Counted from the first letter of the stretch, positions 20,626 through 31,718 are shown. The stretch is DNA of 64,000 bases from Acidimicrobiia bacterium (GCA_965203555.1 CBDBCY010000004.1:2336001-2400000), one strand, 5' to 3'. Notes: a model not told the origin generated them from the letters alone. Made by a program: numbers and translations.

Positions 20626-21345
20626 ATGATGAAGATTGATTCCCGGCTTGTCCTCCTCGCCATCTTGGTAGCGGCCGCCATAGCGGTGGGATGGAGCATG
20701 GTGGGAGACCGGGACTCGGAAGCGCCCGTCGTGTCGGAGACTGTCACCGCTGCTTCCCCGTCGGCCACCGCCGCTTCGCAAGACGGCGCTGCCGGATCCG
20801 ATCCCACCGTTACGACGGTTGCACCCACCACCGCGCCGACCACCACCACTGCCGCCCCCACCACTACCACCACCATTGCTACTCCGGAGGTGCTGCAAGA
20901 AGTGCATTCCCGACTGGTGGACATCGACGGGTGGTTGCAGTCGGAGGTGGAGAGTCTTGAGGAGTTGCGTGGACAGGTAGTGATCGTGGAGTTCTGGACT
21001 TTCGGGTGCTACAACTGCAAGAACCGCATACCCTACACCCAGGAGATCTACGCCAAACACCGTGATCGGGGTCTCGAAATCGTCGGTATCCATTCCCCGG
21101 AATTCAAATTCGAAGAGGATGTGGAGAACATCAAGGAGGCAATGGTTGATTTGGGAGTCACGTGGCCGGTGGTGCTCGACACCAGGCGGAAGACGTTCTG
21201 GGAGTGGCAGACGGGCGGTCGAGCCTACTGGCCGCGCACCTACGTGCTGGACCGGGACGGCAGAGTGCGGTTCGACCACATCGGGGAGGGCAAGTACCAG
21301 GAGCTGGAGCAGACCGTAATCTTCTTGCTCGATGAGGAGATGTGA
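20626..21345 (+). CDS. Membrane-anchored TlpA/DipZ-like thioredoxin
   Basis: N-terminal TM, Thr-rich linker, EFWTFGCYNC, GIHSPEF, YWPRTY, HIGEGKY. Confidence 0.88.
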   Translation: MMKIDSRLVLLAILVAAAIAVGWSMVGDRDSEAPVVSETVTAASPSATAASQDGAAGSDPTVTTVAPTTAPTTTTAAPTTTTTIATPEVLQEVHSRLVDIDGWLQSEVESLEELRGQVVIVEFWTFGCYNCKNRIPYTQEIYAKHRDRGLEIVGIHSPEFKFEEDVENIKEAMVDLGVTWPVVLDTRRKTFWEWQTGGRAYWPRTYVLDRDGRVRFDHIGEGKYQELEQTVIFLLDEEM

Positions 21346-21923
21346 GCCTCTTCGCGGAGGGGATCCGCTCGAGTCTGCTGCCCTGTTCCTATTCCGTGCT
21401 GCTGGTCGGCTTGGCGCTGGTAGTGCTCAGGAAGAAGGAGCGGATAGGGGCGTTGGGGGTTTTTGCTTCTTTCACGATCCTTTCGGCGTGGATCAGGGCT
21501 GCGGGTATTTCGAACCTGCTCGCCGGGCGGGCGGCAACCACCCTGCTGGTGGTGGGGGGATTGGCGCTGGCGCTGTTGGTGAATCACCGGCGGGCCGGCC
21601 TGGCGGCGGCTGCCCTGATCGGGACGTTCGCCGGCGCCACCTGGCTGCCATGTGTGGGGAAGGAACTGGGAACGGTGCTCACCCTCGCCCAGGATGAACC
21701 GGCCACCGCTGCATTGCTTTTGGGTGTGTATCTGATCGGGGTCATGGTCCCCCTGGTGGCCGTGGTGGCCCTGCTTGCCTACGTTCCGGTCGCCGGCCGA
21801 TGGGCGGACAGCAAGGGAGTCGCAGTCGTCGCCAAATCGGCGATGGCCGCAGTGGCGGTCCTGGTGCTAATCGATTACTACGACACGCTGCTCTCCACCC
21901 TGGCCCGGTGGTCGGTGGTTTGA
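21342..21923 (+). CDS. CcdA/DsbD-like disulfide transport membrane protein
   Basis: LLPCS and WLPCVG motifs in a hydrophobic protein; coupled to the thioredoxin gene. Confidence 0.75.
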   Translation: MSLFAEGIRSSLLPCSYSVLLVGLALVVLRKKERIGALGVFASFTILSAWIRAAGISNLLAGRAATTLLVVGGLALALLVNHRRAGLAAAALIGTFAGATWLPCVGKELGTVLTLAQDEPATAALLLGVYLIGVMVPLVAVVALLAYVPVAGRWADSKGVAVVAKSAMAAVAVLVLIDYYDTLLSTLARWSVV

Positions 21924-22003
21924 AGAGGACATTCGGTTCTGGATTTGGATGGATGAGCCCCCGTGGAGGGACCTCCGCCCTGGAGGACGCTTATTATCGG
22001 GAT

Positions 22004-23677
22004 ATGTCTCTCAAGATTCATTCCCAGGACGTAACCGAAGGACCGGCCCGCGCGGGAGCGCGGGCCATGTTGCGGGCGGTAGGCCTATCCGACGAGGACT
22101 TCACCAAGCCACAGGTAGGGGTGGTTTCAGCGGGTAACGAAGTGACCCCCTGCAATGTCACAGGTCCGGTCCTTGCCGAGCGGGCAAAGGAAGGAGTTCG
22201 AGTCGGAGGGGGAGTGGGACTCTCCTTTGCCACCATTGCGGTCTCCGACGGCATCTCAATGGGTCACGAGGGGATGCGGGCCTCCCTGGTTTCCCGGGAA
22301 GTGATCGCCGATTCGGTGGAGTTGGTGACTCACGCCGAACGCTTCGACGCCCTGGTGACCATCGCCGGTTGCGACAAATCCCTTCCCGGGATGCTGATGG
22401 CTGCCGCCCGGTCGAATCTCCCTGCGGTGTTTCTGTACGGTGGCTCCAGTTTGCCTGGCCGCTATCGGGGTCGGGATATTTCCATCGTGGATGTTTTCGA
22501 GGGCATCGGCGCCGAGTCGCAGGGGAGAATCAGCTCCCAGGACCTTGACGAGATCGAGCGCAACGCCTGTCCGGGCGCCGGTTCCTGCGCGGGGATGTTC
22601 ACCGCCAACACCATGGCCTCGGTGGGCGAAGCGATCGGGATGTCGCTTCCCGGCTCGGCCTCCGTCCCGGCGGTTGACACCCGTCTGGAGGTGTACGCCC
22701 GAAAAAGCGGCGAAGCGGTGATGAACCTGCTCGAGCAGGGTATACGCCCTCGCCAGATAATGACCCGTCCTGCTTTCGAAAATGCCATCGCCACCGTTAT
22801 GGCCCTGGGGGGATCCACCAACGCGGTCCTGCATCTCATGGCTCTGGCCCACGAAGCCGGGGTGGAACTGGAACTGGAGGACTTCGACCGGATCAGCCGT
22901 CGCACGCCTCACATCGGCGACATGAAGCCCTTTGGCGCCTATCACATGGTGGACATTGACTACATCGGCGGTGTCCCGGCGGTGTTGCGGGTTCTTTGGG
23001 ATGAAGGGTTTCTACACGGTGACTGTCTGACGGTCACGGGCAGGACCATGGCCGAGAACCTCAAGGACGTGACGGCGCCCAGCGGTCAGAGGGTATTGCG
23101 TCCGGTGTCGGCGCCGATCGCCGCCGAGGGAGGCATTGCGGTGCTCCGTGGTTCCCTGGCGCCAAGGGGAGCGGTGGTAAAAGTGGCCGGGGTGGCTCTC
23201 GAGGTGTTTGAAGGCCCGGCCCGGGTATTCAATGGGGAGCAGGGCGCTCTGGCGGAGCTCTTTGCCGGAAACATCAACCCGGGGGAGGTGGTGGTCATCC
23301 GCACAGAGGGTCCGCGGGGCGGGCCGGGTATGAGGGAGATGCTGGCCATCACTGCCGCCATCAAGGGCGCCGGCCTGGGCAAAGACGTCCTGTTGATCAC
23401 CGATGGACGCTTCTCCGGCGGCACCACCGGTCTGTGTATCGGTCATGTGGCCCCCGAGTCGGAGGTGGGAGGCCCGATCGGCCTGGTGGAGGAAGGCGAC
23501 CGGGTCAGGGTGGATGTGGCTGCGCGGCGTTTGGACCTGCTGGTGGCAGAAGATGTACTGGAAAAACGACGGGCGGGCTGGAAGCCGGCCCCGGTTCGCT
23601 ATCCGTCCGGCGCCCTCGCCAAATACGCCAATCTGGTGGGTGGAGCAGAGAACGGAGCGGTCACCAACCACTTTTAG
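22004..23677 (+). CDS. ilvD: Dihydroxy-acid dehydratase
   Basis: [41 protein letters not shown]; TATTAT 6 nt before ATG suggests leaderless. Confidence 0.97.
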   Translation: MSLKIHSQDVTEGPARAGARAMLRAVGLSDEDFTKPQVGVVSAGNEVTPCNVTGPVLAERAKEGVRVGGGVGLSFATIAVSDGISMGHEGMRASLVSREVIADSVELVTHAERFDALVTIAGCDKSLPGMLMAAARSNLPAVFLYGGSSLPGRYRGRDISIVDVFEGIGAESQGRISSQDLDEIERNACPGAGSCAGMFTANTMASVGEAIGMSLPGSASVPAVDTRLEVYARKSGEAVMNLLEQGIRPRQIMTRPAFENAIATVMALGGSTNAVLHLMALAHEAGVELELEDFDRISRRTPHIGDMKPFGAYHMVDIDYIGGVPAVLRVLWDEGFLHGDCLTVTGRTMAENLKDVTAPSGQRVLRPVSAPIAAEGGIAVLRGSLAPRGAVVKVAGVALEVFEGPARVFNGEQGALAELFAGNINPGEVVVIRTEGPRGGPGMREMLAITAAIKGAGLGKDVLLITDGRFSGGTTGLCIGHVAPESEVGGPIGLVEEGDRVRVDVAARRLDLLVAEDVLEKRRAGWKPAPVRYPSGALAKYANLVGGAENGAVTNHF

Positions 23678-23682
23678 CAGCT

Positions 23683-24486
23683 TTGTTGTTGGTATCGGAC
23701 ATCCATGGCCGCTTCGACGCCTTGGCGGAGGTGGCTTCCCGGGGCGAACCTCTCCTGGTGCTGGGCGACCTCATCAACCTGGTCGATTACCGGACGGGGG
23801 AGGGCATCTTCGCCCAGATTCTCGGTATCGAATTCGCCAGGAAAATCGCCTTCTCCAGGGGGCGTTCCCGGTTTGAGGAAATGAGGGCGCTGTGGGCGGA
23901 AAGGGTGGGCGACCGGTACGAATGGTTCCGCACCGAGCTGGTCGAGGAGGTCAAGGAACAGTACCGATTGACGGCGAAGGCCCTGGCGGGGGCGGAATCC
24001 TATGTCACTTACGGAAATGTGGACCGGCCGGAGATGCTGCGTGACTGTCTGCCCGACTCTGCCCGGTTCGTGGACGGGGAGGTGGTGATTATCGAAGATT
24101 TCCGGGTGGGTTTCGCCGGCGGCGGGCTCACTACTCCCATGAACGCTTCCGGGGAGGTCTCGGATGAGGAGATGGCCGAAAAATTGGCTGCTTTGGGTGA
24201 GGTGGACATCCTTTGCACTCACTTGGCGCCGGCCATACCGGCGCTGCACTTCGACGTGGTGACGGGAAAACCGGAACGGGCCTCCCGACCGATTCTGGAG
24301 TACGTGCTGCAAGTCCGCCCCCGTTATCACTTCTTCGGTGACGTCCACCAACCTCAGGCCCACCAATGGCGGGTGGGGTCCACTCTGTGCCGGAATGTAG
24401 GATATTTTCGGGCCACCCGTCGGCCGGTGAAGGTCACGCCCGACGGGATCATAGAAGGCCGCCGGGCGGAGGTTTCCCATGGATAG
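23683..24486 (+). CDS. Metallophosphoesterase
   Basis: VSDIHG, LGDLIN, YGNVD, CTH, GDVHQP; start uncertain (TTG). Confidence 0.85.
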   Translation: MLLVSDIHGRFDALAEVASRGEPLLVLGDLINLVDYRTGEGIFAQILGIEFARKIAFSRGRSRFEEMRALWAERVGDRYEWFRTELVEEVKEQYRLTAKALAGAESYVTYGNVDRPEMLRDCLPDSARFVDGEVVIIEDFRVGFAGGGLTTPMNASGEVSDEEMAEKLAALGEVDILCTHLAPAIPALHFDVVTGKPERASRPILEYVLQVRPRYHFFGDVHQPQAHQWRVGSTLCRNVGYFRATRRPVKVTPDGIIEGRRAEVSHG

Positions 24487-24853
24487 AGTGATCAAAACGG
24501 CGGCCGGACTGGTGGCCGCGGGGCCGCAACTTGCCAAATTGGTGACGAGACTGGCCCGTGATCCCAGGGTCCCCGTTCGGGCCAAACGCCTGGCCGCCGG
24601 TTTGGCCGTGTACGCAGTGCTTCCCATTGACCTGATTCCGGATCTGATACCGGTAATTGGCGTGGTTGACGACCTGCTGGCCTTGGTGGTGGCTCTGGCG
24701 ATACTGGTCGAGTCGTCCCCCAAGGATGTGGTGGCCGAACACTGGGACGGGACGCCGGAGGCACTGGGAAGGATCCTCCTGGGGGTGGGTCTGTTGATGG
24801 ACTTCATGCCCGGACGGATACGGTGGGTGATTCGAAGGCTGGTGGGAGAGTGA
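24479..24853 (+). CDS. DUF1232/YkvA family protein
   Basis: DPRVP...YAVLPIDLIPDLIPVIGVVDD. Confidence 0.9.
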   Translation: MDRVIKTAAGLVAAGPQLAKLVTRLARDPRVPVRAKRLAAGLAVYAVLPIDLIPDLIPVIGVVDDLLALVVALAILVESSPKDVVAEHWDGTPEALGRILLGVGLLMDFMPGRIRWVIRRLVGE

Positions 24854-24863
24854 TCGCCCCCCT

Positions 24864-25628
24864 ATGAATATCCCGGTCTGGACAGTGCTCCCCCTGTTCC
24901 AGTCGTCGCCCCGGGAACTGATCGGCATGGTTAGCGCCGTGGAATCGTTGGGCCTGACCGGAGTGGTCGCCACCGATCATCTGGCCGGCTGGCGGAATCC
25001 GGCGGGTCCGGTGTTGGAGGCCACAACGGTGCTGGGCATGGTGGGGGCCGTTGCGGAATGTCGGGTGGGTTCCCTGGTGCTGCAGACCGCCCTTCGACGG
25101 CCCTCCTACACAGCCGATGTGGTCGAGACCCTGGCCGCCATCAGCCGGGCCTCGCCCCTGATCGGCCTGGGTGTCGGAGACTCCCGCTCGCGCCGGGAAG
25201 TCCAAACCCTTGGAATCGAATTGCCTCCCCTACCGGAGCGGATTGCTCGCTTGAAGGAGACGATCGCCACGATCCGATCCCGCACTCCTCACGTCGAGAT
25301 ATGGGTAGGCGGATGGCGTCCCGAACTGCGGGAAGTGGCCGCTGAATACGCGGACGGATGGAACGCATGGGGCGGAGAGTCGGCAGCCTTCAGGACTGCC
25401 GTCGATCAGGTGAAGAGCATGAACCCCGGTCTGCTGATCAGTTGGGGGGCTGTTTTGGACACCAACCAAGATGCCGACTCTCTACGCAGGACCTTGATTC
25501 GGAGAGTAGAGGCCGGCGCCGAAACGCTGGTGGTGGCGCTCACTCCCCCCCGGGTCGCAACTTTCCGCAGGTGGGCCCCGCTACTGTTCGGTCATACTTG
25601 CTTCCAAACCGCGCCGGGTTCTTATTAA
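24864..25628 (+). CDS. LLM-class flavin-dependent oxidoreductase
   Basis: TDHL, GLGVG, IWVGG, AAEYADGWN. Confidence 0.82.
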   Translation: MNIPVWTVLPLFQSSPRELIGMVSAVESLGLTGVVATDHLAGWRNPAGPVLEATTVLGMVGAVAECRVGSLVLQTALRRPSYTADVVETLAAISRASPLIGLGVGDSRSRREVQTLGIELPPLPERIARLKETIATIRSRTPHVEIWVGGWRPELREVAAEYADGWNAWGGESAAFRTAVDQVKSMNPGLLISWGAVLDTNQDADSLRRTLIRRVEAGAETLVVALTPPRVATFRRWAPLLFGHTCFQTAPGSY

Positions 25629-25640
25629 CCTTCGGTGACA

Positions 25641-26813
25641 ATGGACTTCCGACGCGTTCACAACCTCCCGCCCTATGTGTTCGCTCAGGTTGATCAAGCC
25701 AAGATCGCCGCTCGGCGGGCAGGCGAAGATGTGGTGGATCTGGGATTCGGAAATCCCGATATCCCATCACCTCCTTTTGTGGTGGAGAAACTGGTGGAAG
25801 CGGCCCGCAAAGGCAAGAATCACCGTTACTCCGCATCCCGGGGCCTTCCCAACCTGCGACAGGCCATCGCCGATCGCTACCTTCGCCGTTTCGGTGTGCA
25901 ACTGGATCCCGAGACCCAGGCGGTGGCCACCATCGGCGCCAAGGAGGGCCTGTCCCACCTGTTGTGGACCCTGGTCGATTCGGGAGACACCACTGTGGTT
26001 CCCGAGCCTTCCTATCCGATCCACATTTATGCTCCGGTGCTGGCCGGTTCGGATGTGGTCCGTCTTCCCGTGACGTCGGAATCCGAATATTTTGAAAGGC
26101 TGGACGATCTGTTCCGGTCCTCTTGGCCCAAGCCCAGGGTGATCATCGTCTCCTTCCCACACAATCCCACCACCACCTGCGTGGAACTGCCCTTCTTCGA
26201 GCGGTTGGTGGCCTTCGCTCACCACCATGGAGTATTCCTGGTCCATGACTTCGCTTACGCCGACATTCACTTCGACGGGTACCGGCCACCTTCCCTCCTG
26301 CAGGTGGAAGGGGCCGATGAGGTGGGGGTCGAACTGTACAGCCTGACCAAGGGACATTCCATGGCCGGATGGAGGATGGGATTCGTGATCGGCAACGCTG
26401 CGGCCGTGGCCGCCCTGGCCAAGCTCAAGTCCTATCTCGACTACGGCACATTCCAGCCCATCCAGATCGCATCCATCGTTGCTGTCAATTTCGGTGATGA
26501 GCATGTGGAGAGAGTCAGGTCCCTCTACATCGAGCGTCGCGACACATTGGTGGACGGCCTGAACAACTCCGGGTGGAAGGTGCTGCGACCCCAGGGCACC
26601 ATGTTCGTGTGGGCGCCCATTCCCGAGCCGTACCTGGAGATGGGATCGGTGGAATTCTCGCTGCACCTGTTGCGGCACGGCAAAGTGGCGGTCAGTCCCG
26701 GTATCGGATTCGGCCCCACCGGGAACGGACACGTTCGCTTTGCATTGGTGGAAAACCGTCAGCGGATCGCTCAGGCGGTGACCAGTTTGCGCCGCACTCT
26801 CGAACTTCTCTAG
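25641..26813 (+). CDS. Class I/II PLP aminotransferase (AlaC-like)
   Basis: LPPYVF, DLGFGNPD, FPHNPT, HDFAYAD, SLTKGHSMAGWRMG. Confidence 0.92.
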   Translation: MDFRRVHNLPPYVFAQVDQAKIAARRAGEDVVDLGFGNPDIPSPPFVVEKLVEAARKGKNHRYSASRGLPNLRQAIADRYLRRFGVQLDPETQAVATIGAKEGLSHLLWTLVDSGDTTVVPEPSYPIHIYAPVLAGSDVVRLPVTSESEYFERLDDLFRSSWPKPRVIIVSFPHNPTTTCVELPFFERLVAFAHHHGVFLVHDFAYADIHFDGYRPPSLLQVEGADEVGVELYSLTKGHSMAGWRMGFVIGNAAAVAALAKLKSYLDYGTFQPIQIASIVAVNFGDEHVERVRSLYIERRDTLVDGLNNSGWKVLRPQGTMFVWAPIPEPYLEMGSVEFSLHLLRHGKVAVSPGIGFGPTGNGHVRFALVENRQRIAQAVTSLRRTLELL

Positions 26814-26815
26814 CC

Positions 26816-27850
26816 GTGGCTTTCCCCGACGGTATCGCTGACTTTCGATCCGACACCGTTACCCGACCCACTGCCCGGATGCGACGGGCCATGGCGGAAT
26901 CAGCGGTGGGAGACGATGTCTACCATGACGATCCCACCGTCAACGCCCTGGAGGAAGAGGCGGCGTCGGTGATGGGCAAGGAGGCGGCCCTGTTCACTCC
27001 CACTGGGACCATGGGCAACCAACTGGCGATAATGCTGCAGACCAAGCGGGGAGAGGATGTGCTGTGTGACGCCGGGGCGCATCTGCGCAACATCGAAGCG
27101 GGCGCCGGTTCGGCTCTGTCGGGAGTGGCCTTTCGGTCGGTGGATGCCCCTGCGGGGAGGATCACTCCTTCCCACGTCGACCAGGCCATGGAACTGGCCG
27201 GCCGGATCTTTCCCCGGATCGGCCTGATGGTGTGGGAAAACACCCACAATCTCTCGGGAGGGCGAGTGGTGCCCATTGATGTGATGACCGAAACCAACCG
27301 CACCGCCCGCAAGTACGACCTCTCGATCCATCTCGACGGAGCGCGGGTCTTCAATGCGGCGGTGGCTGCCGACGTTGCCCCGGGCCGGATAGCCGAGGGG
27401 GTGGACACCGTGCAGTTTTGCTTTTCGAAGGGCTTGGGGGCGCCGGTGGGTTCGATCCTGTGCGGTCCAGCGGACCTCATCGCCGAGGGACGGTATCTGC
27501 GCAAGAGACTGGGAGGGGCAATGAGGCAGGTGGGTGTCCTAGCGGCGCCGGCCCGCATAGCCCTGCGGGACTGGACCCGCCTGTCGGCCGATCACCGGGT
27601 GGCCGCCCGGATGGCCGCCGGTCTGGCCGATCGCCATCCCGGGGCGGTGGATCCTGCGATAGTTGACACAAATATGGTGAGAGTGAAGATAGGCAAGCTG
27701 CGGGGTGAATGGGCGACCATCCGATCGCGGCTGAAGGAATCAGGCATCCTGGTCAATAATCCTTTTGCCGGCGCCTTGAGGCTGGTCACTCATCGGGACG
27801 TCGACGACGCCGACGTGGACCGGTTGCTTGCGGCATTTGCCGCTGCTTGA
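26816..27850 (+). CDS. ltaE: Low-specificity L-threonine aldolase
   Basis: DFRSDTVTRP, GDDVY, GTMGNQ, ENTHN, HLDGARVFNA, CFSKGLGAPVGS. Confidence 0.93.
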   Translation: MAFPDGIADFRSDTVTRPTARMRRAMAESAVGDDVYHDDPTVNALEEEAASVMGKEAALFTPTGTMGNQLAIMLQTKRGEDVLCDAGAHLRNIEAGAGSALSGVAFRSVDAPAGRITPSHVDQAMELAGRIFPRIGLMVWENTHNLSGGRVVPIDVMTETNRTARKYDLSIHLDGARVFNAAVAADVAPGRIAEGVDTVQFCFSKGLGAPVGSILCGPADLIAEGRYLRKRLGGAMRQVGVLAAPARIALRDWTRLSADHRVAARMAAGLADRHPGAVDPAIVDTNMVRVKIGKLRGEWATIRSRLKESGILVNNPFAGALRLVTHRDVDDADVDRLLAAFAAA

Positions 27851-27889
27851 GCGGGTAACCCCCCTCCCATCCGAACGGTCATATCCCCA

Positions 27890-28834
27890 ATGCCGAGTTT
27901 TGCCGTTCTCTTTCCCGGCCAGGGAAGCCAATTCTTGGGCATGGGCGCCGAACTCTTCGAAGCCCGGCCGGATCTGCTGGGCGAGCATGTCGACGAGTTG
28001 TTGGGATGGTCGCTTCGGCGCCTCTGCCTGGAGGGACCCGAGCAGTTACTGGTCCGGACCGAACGGGCGCAGCCCGCTCTCTTCTGTCTCTCCTATGTTC
28101 TCTGGCTGGAGTTTGCCAACCGGTTCTCCGGTTCACCGGCGGCGGCCGCCGGACATTCCCTCGGGGAGTACACCGCCTTGGCGGCCGCCGGGGTGTTGAA
28201 GTTCGAAGAGGCGCTGTCCCTGGTGGCCGCTCGAGGTCGGGCCATGGCCGAAGCGGCGGACGCCGAACAGTCGGGAATGATGGCGGTCATGGGAATCAGC
28301 GCCGAGCGGGCGGAGGAGATTGCCCGGGCTCGCCGCCGGGAGGGAGGACGATTGGTGGTGGCCAATCTCAACGCTCCCGGACAGGTCGTGATGGCGGGCG
28401 GCGCTTCTGATCTGGAGTGGCTGGAGTCGGGGGCGCGGCGCCTGCGACTTCGCAGGATGGTGCGGTTGGGGGTGGCGGGCGCCTTTCATTCGGAATTCAT
28501 GGCGCCGGCAGCCCGGCAGGTCGCCGCGGCTCTGGACTCTGTCCGGCCCGCCTCGCCTCGCTTCCCGGTGTATTCCAACGTCACCGCCGAGCCGGTGCAA
28601 CGGGACAATGTTTCCGAGACTCTGGTGGCTCAGGTGTGTTCGCCGGTCAGGTTCCACCAGAGCCTGGAGGCCATGGCCGGTCGGGGCGTGGAGGTCTTCG
28701 TTCACATCGGTCCGAGGAAGGTAACCGCCGGCTTGGCGAGGCGCACCATCCGGTCTGCTACCGTGCTGGTGGTAAATGATCTCGCCGGGGCGGCGAAGGC
28801 GGCGGAATCTTTATCTAGCATGGAGTTTTCGTGA
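27890..28834 (+). CDS. fabD: Malonyl-CoA:ACP transacylase
   Basis: FPGQGSQ, GHSLGEY, GAFHS. Confidence 0.95.
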   Translation: MPSFAVLFPGQGSQFLGMGAELFEARPDLLGEHVDELLGWSLRRLCLEGPEQLLVRTERAQPALFCLSYVLWLEFANRFSGSPAAAAGHSLGEYTALAAAGVLKFEEALSLVAARGRAMAEAADAEQSGMMAVMGISAERAEEIARARRREGGRLVVANLNAPGQVVMAGGASDLEWLESGARRLRLRRMVRLGVAGAFHSEFMAPAARQVAAALDSVRPASPRFPVYSNVTAEPVQRDNVSETLVAQVCSPVRFHQSLEAMAGRGVEVFVHIGPRKVTAGLARRTIRSATVLVVNDLAGAAKAAESLSSMEFS

Positions 28835-28846
28835 GGAGAACGATTT

Positions 28847-29938
28847 ATGCCTAGGGCTGTTATCACCGGATGGGGCAGGTGTGTCCCTCCCACAGTGTTG
28901 AGCAATGCCGATCTCGAGGGGATGATGGACACCTCCGACGAGTGGATAACGGTTCGTTCCGGGATCAAGGAACGGCGCATAAGTCATGTTGAACCGTCAG
29001 AGATGGCAGCGGTCGCCAGTCGGCATGCCCTGGCCGCGGCCGGACTGCAAGTCGAGGACATCGACCTGATCGTGCTGGCCTCCTGCACGTCGGATTCCAT
29101 TGTTCCCGCTACCGCGGCTCATGTTCACCGGCTGCTGGATGCACCGGTCCCAACTGCGGCCTTCGACCTCAACGCCAACTGTTCGGGGTTTGTCTATTCG
29201 CTGATCACCGCCTCCAAGATGATCGAGTCCGGGATGTACTCACGGGTGCTGGTGGCCGCCGCCGAGCGCCTCAGCGCCCTCATCGACTTCACTGACCGTT
29301 CCACCGCGGTCCTGTTCGGCGACGCAGCGGGAGCAGTGGTGCTGGAATCCACGGAGGAGGACCACGGTCTTCTTTCCGGCTGCATGCAGATGGACTCCGC
29401 CGCTCTCAACTACCTGGAAGTGCAAGAGGACGGCCTCCACCGAATGCCGCAGCGTCATCTGGAGGCCGTCTACGGTGGAATCTCCATGAACGGCCGGGAG
29501 GTATTCCGGCGAGCGGTGGTGGCGATGGGTGACCTCTCGGTGCGGGCGGTCACCGAGGCGGGTCTGGACCTGGACGACGTGGATCTGCTCATCCCCCATC
29601 AAGCCAACATGCGGATCATCGACGCCACCGCCCGGCGACTCAAGCTTCCTTCCCGCAAGGTCTACACTAACATCCACGCCTACGGGAACACTTCGGCCGC
29701 CACCATTCCGGTCGCCCTCACCGAGGCGTTGGAACAGGGTTACATCTCACCGGGATCGCACATCGTATTCGCTGCGTTCGGCGGTGGGTTGACCTCCGCC
29801 GCAGCCTTGATGCGGTGGGGAGGGCGAACCGAACCGCTGGAGCGAAGCGATGCGACACTCGTTCCGACCGAGCGGAGTCTGATGGATCTGCTGGACGCCA
29901 ATTTTCGGGTGTACGGGATGCCGGAGAAGCTGAAGTGA
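28847..29938 (+). CDS. fabH: 3-oxoacyl-ACP synthase III
   Basis: DTSDEWI, ANCSGF, LFGDAAGA, PHQAN, GNTSAA. Confidence 0.95.
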   Translation: MPRAVITGWGRCVPPTVLSNADLEGMMDTSDEWITVRSGIKERRISHVEPSEMAAVASRHALAAAGLQVEDIDLIVLASCTSDSIVPATAAHVHRLLDAPVPTAAFDLNANCSGFVYSLITASKMIESGMYSRVLVAAAERLSALIDFTDRSTAVLFGDAAGAVVLESTEEDHGLLSGCMQMDSAALNYLEVQEDGLHRMPQRHLEAVYGGISMNGREVFRRAVVAMGDLSVRAVTEAGLDLDDVDLLIPHQANMRIIDATARRLKLPSRKVYTNIHAYGNTSAATIPVALTEALEQGYISPGSHIVFAAFGGGLTSAAALMRWGGRTEPLERSDATLVPTERSLMDLLDANFRVYGMPEKLK

Positions 29939-30669
29939 GTCGGGTCGCCCTGGTTACGGGAGGGTCACGGGGGATAGGTCGCGCCATCTGCATGGAGTTG
30001 GCAGAGCGCGGTAATCGAGTGGCGGTGAACTACGCTCACCGGTCCGATGCGGCACAGGAGGTAGTTGAGGCCATAGGCGCCATGGGAGGAGAGGCTGCGG
30101 CCTTCGGCGCCGACGTGTCGGACGCCGATCAGGTGAGCGAACTGATGAAGCAGGTGAACACTTCGCTGGGTATGGTGGGGGTCCTGGTCAACAACGCCGG
30201 GATCACCAGGGACGGGTTGCTGGCTCGCATGCGACCGGAGCACTTCGATCAGGTGATTGCGGTCAATCTTCGATCTGCTTACCTGTGCACGAGGGCCGTG
30301 TTGCGAGGGATGTTGCGCGCCCGATGGGGGAGAGTGGTGTGCATAAGCTCGGTGGCCGGGGTGAGCGGCAACCCGGGCCAGGCAAACTACGCCGCCTCCA
30401 AGGCGGGGCTGATCGGGTTCGCCAAGTCGGTGGCCCGGGAGGTGGGCTCACGGGGAATAACCGTGAATGTGGTGGCGCCCGGCTTCATCGCTACCGACAT
30501 GACCGCTTCCCTGGGTGAATCCACCGCCGAGACGATGGCTTCCGGGGCGGCGCTGGGCAGGGTGGGTGAGCCTTCTGAAGTAGCAAAAGTGGTGGGATTC
30601 CTGGGCTCTGACGACGCCTCCTTTGTCACCGGGCAGGTTTGGCAGGTGGACGGGGGATTGGCGCTGTGA
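29935..30669 (+). CDS. fabG: 3-oxoacyl-ACP reductase
   Basis: TGGSRGIG, NNAGITRD, NYAASKAG; start GTG 29935. Confidence 0.95.
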   Translation: MSRVALVTGGSRGIGRAICMELAERGNRVAVNYAHRSDAAQEVVEAIGAMGGEAAAFGADVSDADQVSELMKQVNTSLGMVGVLVNNAGITRDGLLARMRPEHFDQVIAVNLRSAYLCTRAVLRGMLRARWGRVVCISSVAGVSGNPGQANYAASKAGLIGFAKSVAREVGSRGITVNVVAPGFIATDMTASLGESTAETMASGAALGRVGEPSEVAKVVGFLGSDDASFVTGQVWQVDGGLAL

Positions 30670-30708
30670 AAAGAGTCTTTACCGCCCGAAGCAATAGAAA
30701 GGAAAGCT

Positions 30709-30951
30709 ATGAGCAACGACATCGATAGCAGGCTCATCAGAGTTCTGGTGGAAGAACTGGATTTGGAAGAGGACAAACTGGTCCCGGAGGCCAATTTCGA
30801 AGAAGACCTGGATGTCGATTCGCTTGGTGTCGTGGAATTGCTGATGGCGCTGGAGGACGAGTTCGGAGTGGAGATCCCCGATGAGGAGGCGGAGCAGATC
30901 ACCACTGTGGGTGAGGCCGCCTCGCTGATACACCAGAAACTGGGGGGCTGA
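30709..30951 (+). CDS. acpP: Acyl carrier protein
   Basis: DLDVDSLGVVEL phosphopantetheine motif; EFGVEIPDEEAE. Confidence 0.96.
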   Translation: MSNDIDSRLIRVLVEELDLEEDKLVPEANFEEDLDVDSLGVVELLMALEDEFGVEIPDEEAEQITTVGEAASLIHQKLGG

Positions 30952-31123
30952 CCCCTTCGACTGCACCGCCGGGACTGCCGGGGCGGTTTGGAGAAGTTTC
31001 TACCTGGTGGGCTACGGACGCACCACCTGCATCGGCATTCCGGGCCGCCGCCCGAGCCCATCTCCGGCAATTACCTCGGGGTGAGAGGGAAGGCGGTTTG
31101 AAGCTGGCATTGGAGACGTCGTT

Positions 31124-31681
31124 TTGAACCGCAAGCTCGCCCACTTCATCGAGGCTGTTGAAACTTTCGACGCCGTTTGCCGGCAGGTCCCTCCAGATGC
31201 ATGGGACAACGACTCGCCGTGCAAGGGGTGGACGGCCCGAGATGTCGTGGCTCATCAATGCGGGGTGCTGGACGCCTTGGTGCATATCGCCCGGACCGGT
31301 GAGATGACACGCCCGGTCAACCCCGAGCCGCCCGATGATCCGCCGGCCCGATGGGAGGAGACCCGCGACGGGGTGCTGGCCGCCCTTGGCCGACCGGGCG
31401 TCATGGACCGGGAGGACAAGTACTGGTTCGGACCCATGGACATGGCGACGTTTGTTTCCTATGTCCAGTGGGATCCCCTGACCCATGCCTGGGATGTGGG
31501 TGTCGCCACCGGCGTGTCGCCGAACCTGCCTCCCCATCTGTGCCGGATCAGTTACCGACTGGTGAGCGGCATGGCCGACCGGGCTCGCCGATGGCGTCTG
31601 ATCGGAGATCCCGTAGAGGTGCCGGAGGACGCTTCCATCGTGGATCGGTACCTGGGGCTGGTCGGCCGCCGGCCTCTTTGA
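31124..31681 (+). CDS. TIGR03086-like / mycothiol-dependent DinB-superfamily protein, copy 1
   Basis: SPCKGWTARDVVAH, THAWDV, LGLVGRRP. Confidence 0.85.
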   Translation: MNRKLAHFIEAVETFDAVCRQVPPDAWDNDSPCKGWTARDVVAHQCGVLDALVHIARTGEMTRPVNPEPPDDPPARWEETRDGVLAALGRPGVMDREDKYWFGPMDMATFVSYVQWDPLTHAWDVGVATGVSPNLPPHLCRISYRLVSGMADRARRWRLIGDPVEVPEDASIVDRYLGLVGRRPL

Positions 31682-31718
31682 ACTTTCCGCCGCTTCGGCT
31701 TACGGGGACTGGACCAAG

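Noticed and set aside
20815-20885. ACC-rich tandem repeats (also ~1255-1375)
   Set aside because: Low-complexity codons for Thr-rich linkers of exported proteins
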